DNA of 13,190 nucleotides, taken from assembly GCA_031372065.1 (NCBI GenBank), contig JANMKN010000325.1, forward strand, positions 1 through 13,190, in the 5' to 3' direction. Positions 7,989 to 13,190 of the stretch are shown in pieces (within the stretch, counting starts at the first letter, position 1; the number at the start of each line of letters is the position of its first letter). The DNA is from Abditibacteriaceae bacterium. GTDB taxonomy: Bacteria > Armatimonadota > Abditibacteriia > Abditibacteriales > Abditibacteriaceae. Made by a program: the position numbers and the translations under genes. The notes below the pieces were generated by a model that saw nothing but the letters and a program-made list of their open reading frames with translations, searched no databases and was not told the DNA's origin.

Positions 7989-10900
7989 TTATTTCACGCG
8001 TGCTATTTCATCGCCGCCGCGTCGAACTGTAAAGCGCGAGCGGCCCTCGATGCTGTTTTGCAGCGTAATCTCGTCTCTTTGCTCGTCCCATTGCAGGCTC
8101 AAGCGATTGGCCGGGGCGTTGAATGTGGTCTGCGGCAAGGCTTCGCCGGCTTTCACCGGCAGTAGCAGCGTCTTGAAGTGCGCGTCGCGCGTCGAGCCGC
8201 CCGCCACAATGCGTGAATACGGAAAGGGCTTGCCCGCTTTGTCGGGTGGGCCGGGAACATTGGTTTCCAACTTGGCCGAAACTTGCCCGTTCGCATCGAA
8301 AACGCGCACCAAAAGCAGAGGCGCTCCCGGCTTTGGACTGCCGTTCTGCAAATCGGTCTCGCGCACCAACAACAAGTCAGGCGAGCCACTTTGCGGCAGC
8401 GCGGTGATGCCCGCATCAGGCAAAGCGCTCCACTGGTAAAGATGAACCTCGTCATCCTTTTTTACATCGTCCACAACGAGGCCATAGGGTCGGGCGCCGC
8501 GCACCAGACCAGCAGTGCGAAAAGCGTAGCGCACCGGATTCCACGGCGAACGCACAACCGGAACAAAGTTGGAGAAAGTGTAAGTGTGCCACCACGGGCG
8601 CATTTTGTAGTGTCTGGTGCCGCGATAAACCGCCAGCACCAGGGGGTCTGTTTCCACTTCCCATTGCCGGTCTTTGAGGTCGCCCCACGGCGGCCCCGGC
8701 ACCGAATCATCCCAGAAGTTGATTTGGTTTGTCCAGCGATAAGAGTAGGATTTGGTTTGGTCAACGGTGGCAAAGTCAGCCAGAGTGCCCGTTAATGCGC
8801 CTAAATAACGTCCCCGCGCGGGTGGCCCGTTGGGCTGGGCGCGGCCATCAATCAGCACCTCATTATGGTAGATGCCGTCATAGACGTTTCTCACGGTAGT
8901 GTCCGTTGGCAGCCAGTTCACGCCGCCGCTGGAAAACCAGAACGTGCCGATGTCGGCGTGATGGTGTCCGGCGCCGATATAACCGTTATGGCGCGCTTGC
9001 AGCACCATCCATGCGGCTTCGGTTGAAGTGTCGCTGCGACTGGAAAGCAGGCCGTAATCATCGGTGTTATAAGTCAGCGGCAGCTTCAGTTCAGCGCGCG
9101 TGGTCGGCTTCCAGTCGGTGTCGTAAAGCACCGTGAACGCCATATCGGGATAAGAGATGCCGGGCAGGCGCGTTCTGCCGGGATTCGGTTCGAGTTTCGC
9201 CCGATAAGCCGCCGCATCGAATGTGCGGACATCGAATTCCGGCACTTGCTGCGTCATCAGATAAGCAGCCGCTTTGTCATCCGGGTAGAACGCTAAGATT
9301 TTATTGACGGCGCGGGCGGTAAACAGTCCGCTCGCCCATGTGCCGCTACTAAACGCGACCCCGCCATTGGGCGAGGCAACCTGCGCTTCTGCGGATAGCA
9401 ACTTGCGCCAGTGCGGATGCCCCCACAGATTGTCACCGCGCCGCGCCAGCGCGATCATGCCTAAAATTTGGAACTGAATGCCGCCGCCGCTCTTGCCGTT
9501 ACTCTCGAAGATCATTCCATTGGAATCAATGCCCCAATCCAGAAACGCCCGCATGGATTGGCGGCCCGCTTCCAGCCCTTCGGGGTCGCAGCCGGGTGTG
9601 CCTTCGATGGCTGCCAGCGCCAGATAATGCGCTAAATCCCACGTCATCCAGTTGATGTCGCGGGTGCGAAGCGGCCCATCCTGACCGTAGGAGCGCCGCC
9701 CGTAAGTCGCTTTGGCAATGAGGTTGATCATGAACGCCTTTTGTTCGGCGTCCATCCACTTGCCGGCGAAATCCAGCGCAAACGGCAGATCCATCGCGGG
9801 CAGAATAGCGTGCATACCGCGCCACGTCGTTTCCGCCGCGCTGCCGTCATCGGCTACTGAAAACTCAGAGTCGGATTTTTGTAGCGCCCTGTCCACTTCC
9901 GGCTCCATCAGGCGGAAATAATTGGTGATCGCATTGGCGACCTGCTTGCCGCGCACGTCATCGCCCTTGAGCAGGCACCATTGCGCCATCGCCACCAGCG
10001 CCTGCGTGTTGTAGTTGACGTGACTGGAATATAGAGACTGCTTTTGTCCCTCGAACAGGCTGCGCGTGATGCCCGCTCCGGGAGAAACGGAGTTTGTGGG
10101 CCATTGCAGCGTGCGCCATTCCGTTGGACTTGCCAGTTTCTGAAACACTTGCCCGTCGCTGGTTTGCGGATTCCAGAACGAGTGATTGAGCAACACTTCC
10201 TGCTCGACCAGCGATTTTTGCGCGAGCTTTTGGCTCTGGACGCGCTGCCGAATCATCGGCAAATCTTCGGGCGAAAACAACAGGCGCGGATAAACGCCGG
10301 GCGGTGGCGCTTTGGAGCCAAGCAGCCGAGCATTAAAGCCTTTAAGATTGTATTTTTCCTTCGGCACAGAAGGCCAAATGGTTTCCGGCCCATTCAGCAG
10401 TTGCAGTTGCTCCGGCGTGGCTTTGACGTGATCGGTCCATTTTCCCTGCTTGGTAAGACGTGGAATGAAGCGCGTCGCGATGTCGGGATCGGCTAATTTA
10501 TCCGGGGTATCGAACAGCGTCACAACTGAGTCGCGCAGTGCATTCTCATCGGGCCTAAAAGCAAGTGGCGTCTCACCAATCACCAGCAGGCCCGCGACAG
10601 GTTGTGAAACCGTTAGCCCCAGACTCTGCGCGAGGGCAGCTAAATCTATATAGTTGTGGCCTGCGATTTTGGTCGTCAAACCGTTCGGCACTTTCACCTT
10701 CGGAAAATTGAGGCTATAAACCCAGCGCTCAGCGATCTGCGGCCCCAGTTCAGCGGGCGGTGGTGGAACGGCCACCTTTTTCAGCGCCAACGCGCCCGCG
10801 AACGAGGCGGGAACAAAAACCTTGCCGTTGATGAGCATGGCCTCACCATTCAGGAGCGAGCCAGAGGCAAGGCGCACGCGCACACCGCGCATGTAGCCGT

Positions 10901-11114
10901 AACGGCTGCCCGCAAAAACCGCGATGTGATTCTTGATGCGCGCCAGCGCCCTCGGACGGGCGCTGCGGGTGTAAGGCAGGCCCTGATCCTGAGGGGGAAT
11001 GGTCGGCGTTGGGGCCGCTATTTGAGCTTGGGCAGAGGAGGTGGCCATCGTCAGGGCAAGAGCCGGCAAAACCGCAAAGTTCGGTTGACTCAAAGGATGA
11101 ATATTGTGCTTCAT
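7989..11114 (-). CDS. Secreted heparinase II/III-like protein with an extra N-terminal copper-amine-oxidase-N/stalk-like module, paralog B
   Basis: 1041 aa from ATG 11114, preferred over 11186 because the predicted promoter lies between the two. Signal peptide ends AQA-Q. Motifs YPRLLFS, FALDFAGKWMDAEQK, INW, FESNGK, GHHHADIGTF and YHNEVLIDG. It ends 16 bp before paralog A, so the two are probably an operon. Confidence 0.72.
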   Translation of the reverse strand: MKHNIHPLSQPNFAVLPALALTMATSSAQAQIAAPTPTIPPQDQGLPYTRSARPRALARIKNHIAVFAGSRYGYMRGVRVRLASGSLLNGEAMLINGKVFVPASFAGALALKKVAVPPPPAELGPQIAERWVYSLNFPKVKVPNGLTTKIAGHNYIDLAALAQSLGLTVSQPVAGLLVIGETPLAFRPDENALRDSVVTLFDTPDKLADPDIATRFIPRLTKQGKWTDHVKATPEQLQLLNGPETIWPSVPKEKYNLKGFNARLLGSKAPPPGVYPRLLFSPEDLPMIRQRVQSQKLAQKSLVEQEVLLNHSFWNPQTSDGQVFQKLASPTEWRTLQWPTNSVSPGAGITRSLFEGQKQSLYSSHVNYNTQALVAMAQWCLLKGDDVRGKQVANAITNYFRLMEPEVDRALQKSDSEFSVADDGSAAETTWRGMHAILPAMDLPFALDFAGKWMDAEQKAFMINLIAKATYGRRSYGQDGPLRTRDINWMTWDLAHYLALAAIEGTPGCDPEGLEAGRQSMRAFLDWGIDSNGMIFESNGKSGGGIQFQILGMIALARRGDNLWGHPHWRKLLSAEAQVASPNGGVAFSSGTWASGLFTARAVNKILAFYPDDKAAAYLMTQQVPEFDVRTFDAAAYRAKLEPNPGRTRLPGISYPDMAFTVLYDTDWKPTTRAELKLPLTYNTDDYGLLSSRSDTSTEAAWMVLQARHNGYIGAGHHHADIGTFWFSSGGVNWLPTDTTVRNVYDGIYHNEVLIDGRAQPNGPPARGRYLGALTGTLADFATVDQTKSYSYRWTNQINFWDDSVPGPPWGDLKDRQWEVETDPLVLAVYRGTRHYKMRPWWHTYTFSNFVPVVRSPWNPVRYAFRTAGLVRGARPYGLVVDDVKKDDEVHLYQWSALPDAGITALPQSGSPDLLLVRETDLQNGSPKPGAPLLLVRVFDANGQVSAKLETNVPGPPDKAGKPFPYSRIVAGGSTRDAHFKTLLLPVKAGEALPQTTFNAPANRLSLQWDEQRDEITLQNSIEGRSRFTVRRGGDEIARVK

Positions 11115-11116
11115 AT

Positions 11117-11130
11117 TTTTATTTCCGCAA
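11117..11130 (-). promoter_or_regulatory. Putative operator box TTGCGGAAATAAAA (copy 1)
   Basis: Exact inverted copy of 11218-11231. It starts 2 nt after the -10 hexamer and overlaps the predicted transcription start. Confidence 0.65.
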
Positions 11131-11132
11131 AA

Positions 11133-11161
11133 ATCATACTGCTTTGATTGCTTCAGGTCAA
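11133..11161 (-). promoter_or_regulatory. Sigma70-type promoter for the lyase-like operon
   Basis: TTGACC (11161-11156), 17-bp spacer, TATGAT (11138-11133) on the minus strand. Confidence 0.7.
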
Positions 11162-11186
11162 GGGAAGTTGCGTTTTTTTGCTCCAT

Positions 11187-11215
11187 TTGCCTCCTGCTCT
11201 GTTTTTTCGGATAAT
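11187..11215 (+). promoter_or_regulatory. Sigma70-type promoter for the LacI-family gene
   Basis: TTGCCT (11187-11192), 17-bp spacer, GATAAT (11210-11215). Confidence 0.6.
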
Positions 11216-11217
11216 AA

Positions 11218-11231
11218 TTGCGGAAATAAAA
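11218..11231 (+). promoter_or_regulatory. Putative operator box TTGCGGAAATAAAA (copy 2, autoregulatory position)
   Basis: Same 14-mer and same 2-nt offset from the -10 as copy 1. Its last base is the A of the LacI ATG. Confidence 0.65.
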
Positions 11232-12238
11232 TGAACAAGGTCACTGTGCAGGATGTGGCGGCGCGAGCGGGAGTATCGGCTTCGACGGTTTCGCGCGTGA
11301 TGAACCGCAACCACGACATTTCGGCGAACACCGTGGCGCTGGTGGAAAGTGCGGTTGAGGCGCTGGGCTATGAGCGCGGCGCCACCAAGCGTGGACGTCG
11401 CGTTACCCGCAGCGGACAGGCGCCGCTATCGGCGAGCCTGGCGCTCTTGATTCCCGACACCAACATCGAAGCGATGCTGACGCCGCTGACCGGCCAACTG
11501 ATGCACGGTATCGAGGCGGTAGCGCGCGAGGGTGGCTTCAATTTGCTGCTGACACGTCTCGATGAAAGCGGCAGTTTGCCACCCTGTCTTACTCCCGTGC
11601 AGGTGAGAGGACTCATTGTGCGCAGTGGCGCCAGTGTCCGCTTGCGCCACTTGCTTCCCGATGTGCCAACCGTGTGGGTTTTCCGGGAGAAAAGCGCACC
11701 GGCTCGTGGCGACATGGTGCAGCCCGACAACGAAGCGATTGGCCACATGGCCGCACGCTACTTGGGGGAACGCGGTCACACGCGACTGGCCGTCTGGAAT
11801 GCCCAGCCCCAACATCCCGAAGCCAAAATCCGCGTGGAGAGTTTTCTAAGCGCCGCGCAGGAAGCGGACGCCGAAGTCGTAGCGCTCAACGAAAATAACG
11901 AAAAGGTTGAGGCTGTGACCGCAGTCGAGCGGTTAGCAAAACAAAAGCAAATCACCGGATTATTTTTGCCGCTTGGCGACAACGCCACGGAAGGCCTTTA
12001 TCGCGCACTGCAACAGCACGGTGCCGAGGTCGGTGACGATATCGAACTGATCTCTTGCAACAACGATGCGCCTCGCCTGCACGCTGTGGACGCGCGCCTG
12101 CCCAACATTGATATTCGCGCCGAAGAAATCGGCTGCGTCGCTGCCCAAACCCTGCTCTGGCGACTGGAGAATCAGTGGGAACACCGCCGCAACATTCTTA
12201 TTGCTCCCCGTCTGGTCGCGCCTTCTCAGGTCAAATGA
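11231..12238 (+). CDS. LacI-family transcriptional regulator
   Basis: MNKVTVQDVAARAGVSASTVSRVMN is a LacI HTH. The effector domain includes PDNEAIGHMAARYLGERGH and VGDDIELISCNN. It is 335 aa from ATG 11231; the ORF-track start at 11009 overlaps the divergent gene. Confidence 0.93.
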   Translation: MNKVTVQDVAARAGVSASTVSRVMNRNHDISANTVALVESAVEALGYERGATKRGRRVTRSGQAPLSASLALLIPDTNIEAMLTPLTGQLMHGIEAVAREGGFNLLLTRLDESGSLPPCLTPVQVRGLIVRSGASVRLRHLLPDVPTVWVFREKSAPARGDMVQPDNEAIGHMAARYLGERGHTRLAVWNAQPQHPEAKIRVESFLSAAQEADAEVVALNENNEKVEAVTAVERLAKQKQITGLFLPLGDNATEGLYRALQQHGAEVGDDIELISCNNDAPRLHAVDARLPNIDIRAEEIGCVAAQTLLWRLENQWEHRRNILIAPRLVAPSQVK

Positions 12239-12265
12239 CCTGCTCTTTCGTTTAGATGTGGCACT

Positions 12266-12397
12266 CTGGCGAAAACTGTCAGCTGGGCGACCCGTGGCTC
12301 GCGTGAACACCGATGTGAAGCAGTGGCGGTCGCAAAAGCCCTTCTCTCCCGCGATGCTTTCGATGCTCTTGTCCGTGGCGAGTAATAACTCGGTGAC
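12266..12397 (-). pseudogene. C-terminal HTH remnant of an AraC-family regulator
   Basis: VTELLLATDKSIESIAGEKGFCDRHCFTSVFTRATGRPADSFRQ fits the AraC pattern LL..td.sI..IA...GF.d..yF.rvF.r..G..P..fR, with eroded positions. The N-terminal part is missing. Confidence 0.75.
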
Positions 12398-12401
12398 GCC
12401 C

Positions 12402-12535
12402 GCCATAGCATCGCCGAAACCAAATGTCGTATTCATGCTTGCCGACGTTTGGGCGGGCACGACGTGGGCTGCGACAACAGCACGTTTTACAAGACGCCGA
12501 ACATTGATGCTCTGGCGCGGCGCGGGATGCTGTGT
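12402..12535 (+). pseudogene. Frameshifted N-terminal remnant of an S1 sulfatase
   Basis: KPNVVFMLAD (12417-12446), then one base missing (GT where GAT is expected, 12447), then LGGHDVGCDNSTFYKTPNIDALARRGML (12449-12532). It stops before the CxPxR motif and has no credible start or signal peptide. Confidence 0.8.
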
Positions 12536-12622
12536 CGTCAGCTCAAATTCTACTTGAAGCCTGTTTTGACACGGTGAGAGCGTTGGATGTCTAACAATGC
12601 GCTTCTCAACAAAATCACGCCT

Positions 12623-13190
12623 ATGAAAAACGTTTTTGCCTTCACCGCGCTGCTCTCGGCGCCTGCGGTGCTGCACGCCGCCGAGGCGCCGTCGAAGGCG
12701 TTTCTTAGCAAGAATTGCGTCAGTTGCCACGATGCCGACGTGCAAAGAGGCGGGCTGCGCGTGGATGAGCTTTCGCTGCAAGGCATCGGGCCGGATCAGC
12801 GCCTTGTGCTGACACGCGTTTTCGACCGCGTGCGCGCCGGCGAAATGCCGCCGAAGAAAGCCGCGCAGCCCACGACCGCCGCGCGCACTGCGTTTCTCGG
12901 CGAGTTGAAAAACGCGCTGGTGGCCTCCGAAGCCAATCCGTCGGGCCGCACCACGATTCGCCGCATGAACCGCGTGGAATATGAGCAAACGCTGCGCGAT
13001 TTGCTGGCTCTGCCGCTGCTGCGCGTCAAGCAGTTGCTGCCCGAAGACGGCCAGCAATTCGGCTTCGACAAAGTCGCGGGCGCGCTCGATATTTCGCATG
13101 TGCAGATGACGAAGTATTTGGCGGCGGCGGACGTGGCGCTGCGCGCGGCGCTCGTGACCGAAGCGAAGGCGCCCGAAACCAAAACGTGGC
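12623..13190 (+). CDS. Planctomycete-type cytochrome c (PSCyt1) plus DUF1587 domain protein (DUF1592-type architecture), 3'-truncated by the window edge
   Basis: Not in the ORF track because it has no stop in the window. It reads MKNVFAFTALLSAPAVLHA (signal), CVSCH heme motif (12716-12730), RVRAGEMPP, RRMNRVEYEQTLRDLL and LPEDGQQFGFDKVAGAL. An in-frame upstream ATG lies at 12587. Confidence 0.88.
   Translation, partial: MKNVFAFTALLSAPAVLHAAEAPSKAFLSKNCVSCHDADVQRGGLRVDELSLQGIGPDQRLVLTRVFDRVRAGEMPPKKAAQPTTAARTAFLGELKNALVASEANPSGRTTIRRMNRVEYEQTLRDLLALPLLRVKQLLPEDGQQFGFDKVAGALDISHVQMTKYLAAADVALRAALVTEAKAPETKTW

Noticed and set aside
11009..11230. Longer starts offered by the ORF track (LacI at 11009, paralog B at 11186)
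   Set aside because: They would overlap each other and the predicted promoters. The HTH and the signal peptide begin at 11231 and 11114.
11960..13099. 379-aa minus-strand ORF
   Set aside because: It is mostly antisense to the cytochrome/DUF1587 and LacI genes. Only the 44-aa AraC-like segment looks real, and that is reported as a remnant.
1..13190. CRISPR array, tRNA/rRNA, riboswitch, phage or defence genes
   Set aside because: No spaced repeat array or recognisable RNA gene was seen, and the proteins fit glycan metabolism, regulation, transposition or unknown function.

Overview
Bacterial accessory locus that looks dedicated to breaking down sulfated or acetylated glycans. The gene content resembles PVC-type polysaccharide degraders, but the taxon cannot be fixed from the sequence. 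Left to right: (1) the 3' part of a SASA/SGNH carbohydrate esterase; (2) an intergenic patch with a REP-like hairpin, a complete 896-bp IS5-family element (15-bp perfect TIRs, TTA duplication, transposase split by a -1 shift) and an 80-bp MITE-like inverted repeat; (3) a Cys-type S1 sulfatase; (4) a broken remnant of a second esterase; (5) a polytopic membrane protein; (6) two large, secreted, paralogous heparinase II/III-like proteins; (7) a divergent LacI regulator; (8) back-to-back AraC and sulfatase remnants; (9) the 5' part of a planctomycete-type cytochrome c/DUF1587 gene that the ORF track missed. The most notable part is the lyase-like pair. Both appear to carry Lys where related lyases have a catalytic Tyr. 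They are driven by a mirror-symmetric divergent promoter with an identical 14-bp box over each predicted start site. All family assignments come from motif recognition by eye; no searches were run.
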